In this document: in pieces, positions 1 through 13,300 of the stretch
Layout of the letters: every line of letters begins with the position of its first letter
Numbering within the stretch: the stretch's first letter is position 1
From: Chiloscyllium plagiosum
Taxonomy: Eukaryota
DNA length: 64,000 nt
Direction: 5' to 3'
Assembly (NCBI RefSeq): GCF_004010195.1
Contig: NC_057720.1
Span: 24,410,414 to 24,474,413, forward strand
Made by a program: the position numbers and the translations under genes
Notes under the pieces: model-generated
Told to the model about the DNA's origin: nothing
What the model saw: the letters and a program-made list of their open reading frames with translations, nothing else
Databases searched by the model: none

Positions 1-120
1 GAATTACCACCACCTGCCCCTCCCCTGATAGTAAATTACCACCTCCCCCTCCACAGACAGTGAATTACCATTACCACCTCCCCCTCCCCCAGGCAATGAT
101 TTATCCACTTCCCCCAACCC
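1..120. repeat. Degenerate ~30-bp tandem repeat (GTGAATTACCACCTCCCCCTCC-like, about 4 units)
   Basis: Recurring aattaccacc...ccctcc units. Confidence 0.7.
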
Positions 121-132
121 CGCTCAGCTCTG

Positions 133-152
133 AACTACATCCCCGACAATTC
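133..152 (+). promoter_or_regulatory. Possible ZNF143/THAP11-type ACTACA-TCCC motif
   Basis: AACTACATCCCCGACAATTC resembles ACTACAnnTCCCA; ETS-like TTCCGG sites follow at about 166-171 and 187-192. Confidence 0.35.
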
Positions 153-195
153 CAGTAGCACCCATTTCCGGTTATTTGCAGCTGGTTTCCGGCCG

Positions 196-209
196 GTGTC
201 CATGGTAAC
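196..209. promoter_or_regulatory. RFX X-box
   Basis: GTGTCCATGGTAAC fits the X-box pattern GTNNCC-AT-GGYAAC; it lies in a locally CpG-rich patch upstream of a ciliary gene. Confidence 0.75.
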
Positions 210-237
210 AGCGTTATTTACAACAACGAGGCAGATT

Positions 238-720
238 TAGAGAGTGTGAGGGAGTGAGAGAGAGAGAGAGAGGGAGGGAGAATGGTGTCGGTCAGCGGAC
301 AAAGAGAAAAATAACGTGTGTCTGTTCAGGGAAAGGAGATCAGGAAAGGTCAGGGAGAGGTGGAGAGCTAGACAGAGAGAGAGTGATAGAGAGAAAGTGT
401 GATAGAGAGAGAGAGAGAGTGATAGAGATAGAGACAGACACAGACAAGGAGAGTGATAGTGAGGAGAGATAGCTAGAAACAAATATATTGATAGAGAGAA
501 AGTGATAAAGGGAGAGAGAGATATAATCAAGCAGATTGATAGAGACAGAGAGTGATAGGGAGGGGAGAGTGATAGAGAGGGAGAGTCACACAAAGTGACG
601 TGAGGGGGACACAGTGTTAGAGAGCGAGCACATACTGGAGCAAGAATATTAAGAGAATGTGATAGAGTGAGATGGTGATTAAAAAGAGTCACAGAAAGAA
701 AGAATGATAGGTGTAGAGAA
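238..720. repeat. GA-rich low-complexity / degenerate (GA)n tract
   Basis: gagagagagagagggag...gatagagagagag. Confidence 0.85.
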
Positions 721-1165
721 AGCAAACTGAGAACCATATTCACAGTGGCAGAGTCATTGTGCTAAAATGGGGCACAGTATACTTGAGTGAATAAACCCTG
801 AAATAGAGTTCAGTGTTCGAAAGAGTCAGTCAGGCAGAAATAATGTTAGAGACTTTATAACAGGCACAAACCACATCAGAAAATATATGAAAACATGAGT
901 TGGACTGACAGGGCATGTTAGGGAGGGCCACAAGCTAAGTATTAGAGAGGCATAGACTATGCAGGAAAAGTGACAGTTGGTTAAAAAAAAAGTGTAAGAT
1001 TGTGTGTGAAGGCTACTTAGTATATAAAAATCAAAGACCCAGAGAATATACATGAGTGAGATGCCATGTTGGAGATATGAACATGTGGTTTATGAGTAAG
1101 ACGAAGAAAAAAAATTGAAAGAGAAAAATAGTCTTGAAAAGGGGAGCTCTACTTATCGATTCACT

Positions 1166-1322
1166 ATGACTACACCACTGGTTCAGGCCAATCATATTTT
1201 TGGGTTACAAGCCTCTGTTGTTAATAATGTTTTGTATTTTGATGATCAAAGCATAATTTACCCAGCTGGAAGCAGCTGTGTGCGTTACAATGTTGACCAG
1301 AAATGGCAGAAATTCATTCCAG
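1166..1322 (+). CDS. CFAP57: CFAP57 coding exon 1 (157 nt)
   Basis: ATG at 1166, MTTPLVQ...KFIP(G); donor G|GTAAGA, phase 1. Confidence 0.93.
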
Positions 1323-4300
1323 GTAAGACTTTTTATCTAGTACAAGAATGGCTCATTAATTGTGCACAAATGTAACCTTTGTAATAGATACAAAAAAGTG
1401 AAAGTCCTATTTTTTAAAAAAATCATTCATGGGAATGTGGGCATCGGTGGCTGCATGTGCAAATTATTGTCCATCTCTAAAGGCCCTTAAAAGGTTGATG
1501 TTAAACTGCCTTCTGGAACTTTGATATCTATGTGGTGTAGACACACCCAATGGGCTCTAAGGAAGATTAGATTCCCTACAGTGTGGAAACAGGCCATTCA
1601 GCCCAACAAGTCCACACCAACCCCATTCCCCCCTGACTAATGTACCTAACACTGTGGACAATTTAGCATGGCCAATTCACCTGACTTGTACATCTTTGGA
1701 TTGTGGGAGGAAACCAAAGCACCAGGAGGAAACCTATGCAGACTCAGGGAGAATGTGCAAGCTTCACACAGACAGTCACCCAAGGTGAGATTTGAACCCG
1801 GGTCCCTGGTGCTGTGAGGTAGCAGTGCTAACCACTGAGCCACCATGCCACGCACAGTTGGGAGGGTAGGAGGAAACTCCACAGAAGGGAGTTCCAGAAT
1901 TTTGATATAGGGGCAGGTCAATGGAATGATGATAAATTTCAAAGTCAGGATGATGTTTATCCTGATAGGGAACTTCCAGTTATGGCTCAGATGACAACTT
2001 GATGGGTTTTCTTCAAGTATTTGCAGAATTGTAGTCTTGGTTTATTTATCAATCAACAATTCCAGCAATTTTACGTCATGCATGGGCTCTATATTTTCTC
2101 TTCCACTTGCTAAATGTACAATCACGTAATTGTTTTCAGAGCCACCCCAGGACAGGCTGTTTTAGATCAAGCAATGTGAAACGAGGTAGGATTCATAAGA
2201 GATTTTGTAGTTAAGAATTCTGTCAAGGGAAATGATCATAACATGGTAGAATTCAGTTTGAGGGGGAGCAACCCAGGTCTCAAATCCGTGTCCTCAAGTT
2301 AAATAATGGCAATTAAAGAGGTATGAAGAAAGAGTTATCTAAAGTAGGCTGGGAAAATAGACTAAGGGTAAAGTTAGTGGATGAGCAGTGGTAGATGTTT
2401 AAGCAGATATTTCATAAAGATTAGATTAGATTCCCTACAATGTGGAAACAGGCCCTTTGGCCCAACAAGTACACACCAACTCTCCGAAGAGCAACCTACC
2501 CAGACCCATTCCCCTAACTAATGCACCTAACATTACGGGCAGTTTAGCATGGCCAATTCACTTGATCTGCATATCTTTGGACTGTGGGAGGAAACCAGAG
2601 CACCTGGAGGAAACCCATGCAGACATGGGGAGAATGTACAAACTCCACACAGACAGTTGCCTGAGGTTGGAATTGAACCTGGATCCCTGGTGCTGTGAAG
2701 CAGCAGTGCTCAACACTGAGCCACCTTGCCACCCAAAGCTCATCAAAAATTTATTCTAGTCAAAAAGAAAGACTTGCTGAGGAGGATGGAACATCTATGG
2801 TCAACAAACTTGGTCAAAGAGAATATCCAATCAAAACCAAGGTACACAGAGTGGTGAAAATTAGTGGTAGGCTAGAGGGTCTGGAATCTTTCAAGAACCA
2901 GCAGCAGATGACCAAAAATCTAATAAATAGGGAGAAAATTGATAATGAAAATAACTTGGTAAGAAATATAAAAACAAACAATAGCAGCTTCTACAGGTAT
3001 ATGAACAGAAAGTGAGGAACTAAAGTAAATGTGGGCTCCTTGAAGGATGCAATGAGAGAATTAAAATCGAACAAGGAAATGGCAGATAACTTAGACCATT
3101 ATTTTGCATAGGACTGTATGCTAGAGGACACTAAACATCCCAGAAATAACAGGCAAAAAAAAGCTGCTAATGGGAGGAAGGATCTCGTAACAGTCTGTAT
3201 CATGAGGAACAAAGTACTTGACAAACTAATGGCAGAAAGTCACTAGGACTTGATGACTCACATCAAAGTATTTTGAAGGAAATGGCTGCAGAGATTATGA
3301 AGACATTCCAGAATTCACTGGATTGCAGAAGGATTCCTGTAGATTGGAAAATGTCTCTTGTTGAAGAAGGGAGGGAGACAGAAAGCAGGAGACCAGTTGC
3401 TATAACATCTGCAGTTGGAAAAATGCTCCAATCCATTATTCAGGAAAAAATATTAGGTCTTCTACTAAAGCTTAATACAATTAAATACTGTAAACATGGT
3501 TTTGTGAAAGCGAAGTCATGTTTGACAAATTTGCTTGAGTTCTTTGAGGGTCTAACAAGCTCAGGTCATAAAGGTCAAATCAGTAGGTATAGTGTGTTTC
3601 AATTTTCAGAAGGATTCAGTAAGGTGCCACATGAAGGTTATTTCGCAAGATAAGAGGTTACAGTATTAAGGGTAAACAATTAAGATGAATTGAGGATTGG
3701 TTAACAAACAGATGGCAGAGAGTTGGGAATAATGGGTCTTTTTCATATTGAAAAGGCAAAATTAATCCCACAAGGGTCGTTCCGAGGGTCTTAATTATTT
3801 GCTATCTATAATAGTGAATTGGAGGATAGAGCAGAGTGAAATGTACCCAAATTTGCTGACAATCCAAAAATAGGTGGGAGGGCATGTTTTGATAAGGACA
3901 TAAGGAATTTGCAAGGAGATATAGATAAGTTGAGTGGCTGGGCAAAGTGTTGGCGTATGGAGTTAAACATATGGAATTATGAGGTCATCCACTCTGGAAG
4001 GAAGAATTAAAGCAGATTATTATTTAATTGGAGACAGATTCCAAAAGAATGTTCAGTGGAGAGAGAACTGGATGGTCTTGTGCATGAAATACAAAAGCTT
4101 AGCATGCAGCAAATAATTCAGAAAGCAATGTGAATTTTGAATTTCATTGTTAGAGGGTTAGAGTTTTAAAAAATAGGCAAGTCTTCCTATAACTACAGGG
4201 TGTTGGTGGAGCTGCATTTGCAACTGTGTTCAGTTTTCATCTCTGTATTTAAGAAAGGTTGTACTGGAATTGGGGGCCATTCAAAAGAAATTCACTAGGC

Positions 4301-7300
4301 TGATTGTTGGGATGGAGGGATTGGCTTATCAGGAATTACTAAAGAGGTTAGGCCTTCATTCATTAGAGTTTAGAAGAATGAGGGATGATCTTATTGAACA
4401 TGCAAGGTTCTGAGATGGATAACAAGGTAGAAGTTGAGAAGTTGTTTCCACTAATTGGGGAATCTTGAACTAGAGGACCTAGTTACAATATAAAGGAACA
4501 TAAGTGATTCAATTGAATTCCTTCTTGCAGAGGTTTGTAAATGCCTGGAACTTGACCTTCGAGAGTTGTGGGAGACTAGATCACTGAAAGTATTTAAAGA
4601 TGATATATTTTGACTTTTTGGAGAGATGAGAGTTATTTATGATGAGCTGACATGAAAGGGAAGTTGAGAGTTGGGCCTGATTAGCCATGATCTTGTTGAG
4701 TTATTTCAGTGGTCAGGGAGGATATAATGAGGGGAAAGCATTCAGAGGAGATGATATGAGTGGATCTAAGGAACAGTAAAAGATCTAAAATGGTAACAGA
4801 TATTGTATACAGACCTGGTAATAGCTCTGAAATGCTAGATTGTGTAAATACAGACATTAAGCAAGTGTGTAGTATTCATGGAGAATTTTAATTTTAATAG
4901 AAATTAGGAGAAGCGGACAAGTACTTGTCAAAAAGGTAGTGAATTTCTGAAGTGTGTCCGGGATAATTTCCTACAGCAATATGCTCTGGACTCAACAAGA
5001 GATAAACAATATTGCATTTAGTAATGATTAATGAGCCAGATTTCATTAGGAACCTAACTGTGCATAAACATTTGTCAAACAGTGATCATAACATGATCGA
5101 GTTCAACATAGCAAAAGCAAAAACACATGAGTCAGCTACTAGAGTTTTGGATTTAGGTAACAAGATGAAAAAGAGACCATTTGTAGTAAACTGGGAAAAT
5201 CTGCTAATGGGCAAAAAAACTGAAGAAGAGTGGAGGATGTTTAAAGAAACATTTAACACAAATCAAAACCAGTTTGTACCTCTGAGAGAGAAAGTTCCAC
5301 TTCACAGGAAAAAAACAGCCAAAGAGATAACTAAAGGACAACTAAAGAGGTCAGGGCAGCATAAAACTCAAAGAAAGCACTTGGAAGCACAGGTCCGACT
5401 GACAGCAAAGGGCCACAAAACAGCTTATAAGAGCTCCTAAAAGGTATTATGAAAGGAAACTTGCCAGTGACATCAAAATTAATAAGAAGAAATTTTATAG
5501 TTACATAAAGGGAAAGCAGGTGGTCAGGAGCAATTTTGGGCCACTAAAGACCGAAAGTAGGTGTATTATTAATGACTATGGGGAACTGAAAGTCGTGTTG
5601 AATAATTATTTTGCCTCAGTATCTGCTGATACTGAAGAGGATAGCTTGCCAGATGTCCTGAGGAAATTAGTAGTGGATCAGGAATAGAGATTGAATAAAA
5701 TTAACATAAATAAAATGTCAGTCATGAGGAAATATAATAGATTTAAAGAGTGACAAATCTCTTGGACCTGATAATTTCCATTTGAGAGTATTAAGGGAAG
5801 TAGGGAAGCACAAATAAATTCCTTTACTCTGGATCTTTCAGCGTTCTTGAGATATAGGAATTATCCTGCTAGGTTGGGACATGGCAAATAGAGTCATAGA
5901 GCAAATAGCGCAGGAACAGACTCTTTGGTCCAACTTGTCCACACAGATGGGTAAAAGAGGAAATCAAGAAATTGTAGACCTGTTAACCTAACATTTGTGG
6001 TGGGAAAATTGTTGGAGTCTATAATCAATGTTGAGATAATCAATTTTCAGTTATTCAGAGAGAGCCAGCATGGATTCATGATAGGTAGGTCATGCTTGAC
6101 AATCCTTAATGGATTTTTTTGAAGAGGTGACTAAGGTAGTTGACAGAGGAATGTCTGTGGATGTTGTTTATGTGGACTTTCAGAAAACATTTGACGAAGT
6201 CCCATATAAGATACTGTCAACTAAGGTCGAAGCCCATGGAATTGAGGCAAATGACTGACCTGGCTGGGAAATTGGCTGAGTAGCAGATGACAGAAGGTAT
6301 GAATGATGCACAGGTACTCAAATGGGCAGGATGTCAGTGGTGTCCCCATTATAGATGGTGCAGATGAAAGATTAAATGAGTGGACAAAACTGTGGCAGGT
6401 GGTGTTCAATGTAAGCAAGTGTGAATTCATCCATTTTGGACTGAAAAACATATATGTAAAGGTACCATCTAGATAGTAGAATTTAAATATTGTGGATGTC
6501 CAAAGAGACTTGTGGGTGGCTGTGGTTGATCTAATAATCCTCTCCTCCCTTTTCATTCTTTATCCATATAGTCCTTAATTTCCTCAGAGATTAAAAATTT
6601 TTCTACCCTATCCTTGAAAATGCTCAACAACCCAGCATTGATAGTTCTCTGTGGTAAAAGAAAATCTACAGATTGACTACTCTCTGAGAGAAAACATTGT
6701 TTCTCATCTATGTCTTAAATGGGGGACCTCTAAATCTGAGATTATGCCCTTTGCTTCTACTCTCCCTCAGGGGCATCAACTTCGCCAACTGACCCTGTCA
6801 GGCTCCCTAAGAATCGTGTATGTTTCAATAAAGCCTTTCATTCTTCCAAACTCCAACAAGTACAAGCCCAACCTGCTTGATCTCCCAATAAAATGTCTCC
6901 ATACCCAGGATCAACCAAGTATACCTTCTCTAGACTGCCTGTAGTGTCAGTATATCTTTTCTTAGGCAAGGGAACCCAAACTGTTCACAGTATTCCAGGT
7001 GTGTGGATGCTGTATATCAGAAACAAAGACAGAAGTTGCTGCAAAAGCAGCGGGTCCGGCAGCATCTGTGGAGAGAAATCAGAGTTAATGTTTTGGGTCA
7101 AGTGATGGTTCTGAGGAACAGTCACTCAACCCAAAATGTTAACATTGATTTCTCTCCACAGATGCTGCCTGACCTGTTAAACTTTTCGAGCAATTTCTGT
7201 TTTTGCTTCCTACTTTTATACTCCATTCCTTTTGAAATAAAGGCCGGCATTCCACTTGCCTGCCCTATTTCCCACTGAACTTGTATGCTAGCTTTTTGTG

Positions 7301-10300
7301 ATTCATCCCTAATTTACCAGCTCTAATGGTTTTGAAACAAGGCTCGAGGGGAATTGCCAGAGGAATGGCTTAACTACTGACTTGCCATTCAAAGCTGCTC
7401 CCTTCTGCTGAACCTTTTCCAGATGATCCAAATGACATTGAAAGCTTACTAGAAGATTTACATGAAATAATCTGCAGTCAAGTTTTGTATTACACTCGTA
7501 TATATTTGCTTCTGGAACATTCTATATTAATACATCCAATTTTCCTCTCTCCAACAAAGAAAATGCAGGATTTTACTTATGATATGGTCATGTCACATGC
7601 CAACATGTTTCTACCAGTTTTAAAGACATTAATTAATAACCTATATATATGCCATACTATTGAACGCAGGTGCTGAAAAAAGCCAAGGGATGTTGGCTCT
7701 TGCATTTAGCCCCAATCACCGATATCTGGCCGTTTCTGAAAAGGGTGAAAAAGCCACAGTGACTATATATGATGTACAGCACGATCAAAGCAGAAAGAAA
7801 AAGTCACTAAGTGTCAATGATCTTCACGCCCAAGAGTTTGTCAGTATTGCCTTCTCACCAGACTCCAAATACCTGATTGCGCAATCTGGGAAACCGGATT
7901 GGACACTGATTTATTGGCTATGGAAGAAACAGAAAATCATTGGTGTTATGAAAACTACCACGAACACAAACCCTATTTATCAGGTAATCATTGTTAATTC
8001 TGTCACGTTACTTTCAACCACCATCATTTCTCATTTCTTTAGAAGTTGACCAAAACAAGACTTCCAATTTACATTAGGATTTTGGATGATGCATTTGGAT
8101 CAAGTATCTAAAGGCATTCATATCAGTGCTGTGTGCTTTTATAATACTTTTGTGAAAAATGTTAAAATAATTAGAAATTAGAAAGTAGGAAGAAAGGTTT
8201 GGTGAAATGCAAAATCTAACTCTTCTCAAATAGCCTTGACCATGTATTAAATATTTTCCACTATATTTGAACTACTGTAAAAAAATGAGTAAAACTAAAT
8301 TCAAATAATTAATGTAATCATTCCTTTTCCTCTTCCTAATTAGAATCTCGGAGAAAAGGCCACCATGGAAATTCTTGCTCATATTTTGAGAGGCTCCTAA
8401 TGCTTATTGTCTGACATTGGACGCCTGTCCACATGTGAATGAAACCGTAGAGATAAAATCACCAATGTCCTGTGACATTGAAGTCAGGAGGTTTTCTGTT
8501 GTTTCCACCCTGGTCTGTGTAATCTTCACCCTGAGTGAAAAGTTTGAAACTTGAGGGTAGACCCAACACAGTGTAGCAGATGAGTGTAGCAGATGTCAAG
8601 TGGCGAGCTATTTTCTTTTAAGAAGCCTGCCAATTTAAGTGCCAATCAGGTAGACCTGCCTGCTGAAGCATGTCTTCATTGCTTGGCAGCAGCACCAGGG
8701 AGAAACAGTGGCTGCTGCTGATAGCCCAACTACCTGAGGCTCTGACTGCCAAAGGACCCAGGCCACAGCAGATTGGTAGCATGAGGCAGACCATGTGGTA
8801 TGGTCAGAGGGAGGGGTGGGGAGGAAATTGGCAGCGAGGGAGAGTGGTGGCTCTTGGTTGTCATGCCAATCCTGATTCTGATTCCCTTGATCAGGCACTG
8901 AAACCTGTCAATGAGGGACACCAATGACATGTACCCACCTTTCTCTCTACCCACCCCCAGATGCCTGCAAACAAACCCAGATAATTTTTACTTTTCACGC
9001 TCTCTGGTCGATTAGTCCACCATCTGCTGCTGGGTTGATGCTGGTGGCAGGGGGAGGAAACCCTTAGTGGGCATCACTTGCTTACTTTGGGGTCTTAATT
9101 GGCATTATGTTGGACATTCACAAGCTTTTCCACCATGAATGTAGTTGGTCCTGAAACGGGAAGGTGATGAGGTCGATCTTGCCTGATTAAATATTCCCAA
9201 TGCAAACCTGTACAGGGAGGGCATTCAATTCCATCTAACATGTGAATCAGAGCTATTATGGAATAATTGTGAACTAGTTTCTAGTTTAATGTTATAATCC
9301 TATATATAGTTAAAAATCACACAATACCAAGTTATAGTCCAACAGCTTTATTTGGACACACTAGCTTTCGAAGCGCTGCTTCTTCATCAGGTAGTTGTCA
9401 GCCACCTGATGAAGAAGCAGCCCTTCGAAAACTAGTGCTTCCAAATAAACCTGTTGAACTATAATCTGGTGTTGTGTGATTTTTAACTTTGTCCATCCCA
9501 GTCCAACACCGGCACCTTCAAATCCTTTCTTTACATAATTAATTGATTTTAATGTATGTACAGTTGAAATCAAACTCTTAAAAAAATATTGTTCAGAACA
9601 GGCTTAGTCTAAGAATGCCTGTTTCTATTTGTCCTTAATATTAAATTAATATGAATTGCGGCACTCTATGCTCTGCTAGGTAGGGAATTTTAGGATTTTG
9701 ATCTACCTTTGCGTAGTAAATGGTAATATCCATCCAAGTTGAGACATTACATAATTTGAAAGCCAAACTAATTGCAGCATGGAAGTTTCAATACATTCCA
9801 GACTGAGGAGCTGGAAGACACGGTCACATGATTAATGGAAGGATGTGACTGTAGCAAGACAGGCTTATAAAGGCAAATCCATTATAATATAAATTAAGAG
9901 GAATTTATGTTAACAATTTTTGAGAAGATTTGTAGCTCAGGTTGGTGATATGTATGTAAGTTAGCTCACTGAGCTGGAAGATTTGTTTTCAGATGTTTCG
10001 TCACCATGACTAGGTAACATCATAAGTGAGAGTCTCCAGTGAAGCACTGGTGGTAGGTCCTGCGTCGCTATTTATAGGTCTTCGTTTCTTAAGGTGGGTG
10101 ATGGGGAAAATTAACAAAGAATTGTCCACTTTGTGGGTGGAAGTGCAAGCTAAATTGAACTGGTAAGACTGTTCTTCGAGAAGGTTGAAAGGAGATTTAA
10201 TAGTGATGCTCATAATCATGAGTTGTCTAGAGGTGGGGAGAAACTACTCCCATTTGTATAAAGTTTGAGAACCAGAGGACCCCAATCTAAGGTGAATGAC

Positions 10301-13300
10301 AAAAGAACCAAAGGTGATTTGAAAGAAACAACATTGTTGCAGAGTGGGGGACTTAGGACCTAAAATACACTGCCTGAGAGTGCGGTGGAGGTAGATTCAA
10401 TCATGTTTCTCAGAAAATGGAGATAAACACTTGTTGAAAGCCCTTGTGGATATTATGGACCAGATGGCCTCCTTCTGTGCTGTAACCGTGATTTTAATAT
10501 GTAACATGGTGAAATCAAGTGTATTTTTCATTGCCTACCAGTTCATGATTAAGTCAGAATAATTAATACGCTTAAATGCTTGCTTTTTCTCTCCTGATGC
10601 CTGTTTCTCCTCATCCTCATTTGCAGGAAAATTTAACTGGTCTTCAAGAAGATATAGCGTTTATGTATGTGGATTATAAGTTAAATTAATGCCTACCCTT
10701 AATAATGCTGCTCAAAAGTAGCTGTTAACAAATAGGAAAAGAAAAGATCTTATACACTGTACCTTATATAATTTTTAAATCCTGGTTGTGGGCATGTCTA
10801 GGATAGAACTGTGAATGAATAAGGTTTCAGAAAGTGTTCTGATGGGTTAGAGTTAGAGTGAGAGATGGAATTTATTTACTCAACTTTAATCATTTCACGC
10901 ATGTGTATATGTTCGGTCAGATGCTTCTACCTCCCCCAGTTGTCATTATTTCCGATTAAGTTGCATACATCTATTGAGAAGTTTGGATATAAAAATAACA
11001 AGCAAAATGAGAAAAATGGTGAGGGTGTGAACAACTATTTCCCACTGCTAATTAACCTATGCTAGGTACTGGCCTTCAGTAACTAGTGAGTTGGTGTGGG
11101 TGCAGCTTAACATGTTCTCTGTGTTGTTTTACATTCTTACCTTCAGATCTATTGAAAATTGAACAAGGTAAGAGTGGTGGATGTATAGTGTTTTATTTTG
11201 TAGAGTAATTTATTATCCTTTCTCTACACTTATTTTTATTCAGTTTCCTTCATTAGCTAATATTCCTTTGATTCTTTCTTCAGGAATTAATGTATTTGCA
11301 TAAAAACAGGAATATAATATCACTTTCATGACTGCAACTGGTTCCAGTAATTATTACGTTTCCCCTCCTTCCAAACAGTACAGTACAGTCTGTTTAATAC
11401 ATCACAGACATCATTGAGATTCCTGGAGTGTGCTGCATACACAATCTTGTAATTTTCTTTCCTATATTAGATCAGCTTTAACCCTCAAGATAATACACAG
11501 ATATGTGTGGTTGGGGATGGCGTTTTAAAACTCTTGCGATATTCTGATGGAAACCTCAAACAAACAAACTTCCAAAAGTTTGAGCTCCAGAACTTTCTCG
11601 CACATGCATGGATGCCAGAGGATCACATCATTGTTGGCACTGACACAGGAAAACTTTACCTGTTTGAGTTAGCTGAATTACGCTGGGAGTATTCAATAGT
11701 GCTAGAAATCAGGTACAGTATAAGTGGAGACAATACAGTCCCTAATATAACTTGCTGTATTTTCTCAATAGTTCTTTGTTTTGGGTGGGTGATCCTTTCT
11801 AAATATTAATGTATTCTCAGTTATTTCTTGTTCTGTGAATAAAAAAAACCTAAAAAGGCTATCTAAATAAACTTTGCTATTATTGTAAGAAACTGGCTTA
11901 ATGTTGGAAACATCTGAAATAAGCAAATATAGCAAAAAGATCTGATGGTCCACAAATTTCTTACTCACAGCTTTCCATCCATTCACAATCCTGTGATTTG
12001 CATTGATGACTTTAAACATATTAGCATTTTCTTTCCTCCAGGCAAAACCACAGCAAAAGGTGTGCTAATTAAGATCAAATGTGCTTATGTGTTTTGTGTT
12101 ACTATATTGGCATTTTGTCTTACTATATTGTTGCTACTTACTACAAAAAGTTTAGCTTTTAATAGACTACAAATTGACATCCAGTGCTCTCATTGATTGT
12201 AATGATTACAGCTCAAGTCAATAAAAATTAATGAAGCCAGTTGTTACAAATAGAGTGGCCTTCTGCAACCTAAGTTTGAATCTGTCATTATTTTTTGAGA
12301 TCCGAACATGGAGGGTATTAAGACAAATCTTCAACTCTGGCATACAGCTCTTTGTAAAGTCATGATTTATGTGGAAATCAATTACTAATAAGAATATAGA
12401 AATTGACTGTCAGGAAAACAGTATTAGATTAGATTAGATTAGATTACAGTGTGGAAACAGGCCCTTCGGCCCAACAAGTCCACACCGACCCGCCGAAGCG
12501 CAACCCACCCATACCCCTACATTTACCCTTTACCTAACACTATGGGCAATTTAGTATGGGCAATTCACCTGACCTACACATCTTTGGACTGTGGGAGGAA
12601 ACCGGAGCACCCGGAGGAAACCCACGCAGACACGGGGAGAACGTGCAAACTCTACACAGTGAGGCGGGAATTGAACCCGGGTCTCTGGCGCTGTAAGGCA
12701 GCAGTGCTAATCACTGCGCCACCGTGCCGCCCCATCCACACCTGCACAACTTAGAGTTTATCCTGTACTTCATTTCATAGAATCAAAGAATACCCATAAT
12801 GCTGAAGATGCCTACACTCCTCCTTCAAGTATTCTGACCCATCAATCCTGGCCCATAACATGTTAGAACATCATGGCAAAACAATTCATCACTTCACCTC
12901 TCTCTCTCTCTCCTGTAACCATGGAACCTTCAAAATAATACAAATGGATTGTTTGTCCACTCCTTGAGGTCATGCTGATGAGCGTTGACCCTCCTGAAGT
13001 TCATGCTGATACTTAATCCCTGCTCACATCTAGAATCCCCATTGCCTCAGAATTTAAGCTGATTTCTATTCTCCTCCCCCCTTGAATTTATCCTGGTGTT
13101 CCCACTCCCCAGAGTTTGTGTTGACAGCCACCACAACTTTCTTTTACAGCCTCCTACCTAGAATTTATGCTAATTTTCCACACCTACACAACTTAGAGTT
13201 TATCCTGTACTTCATTTCATAGAATCAAAGAATACCCATAATGCTGAAGATGCCTACACTCCTCCTTCAAGTGTTCTTGCACCCTTACTCCCTCACCAAT

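Noticed and set aside
1..120. Repeat units as a CRISPR-like array
   Set aside because: Degenerate minisatellite with no unique spacers, in a eukaryotic context
237..743. 168-aa and 72-aa ORFs
   Set aside because: They are translations of the GA/TC low-complexity tract
1115..1165. N-terminal extension of CFAP57 in the ORF track
   Set aside because: It starts at TTG; similarity to CFAP57 begins at ATG 1166
10627..10664. Possible cryptic exon after a pyrimidine tract (ttgcag|GAAAAT...AT|gtatgt)
   Set aside because: 38 nt, frame-shifting, no similarity to CFAP57, modest donor
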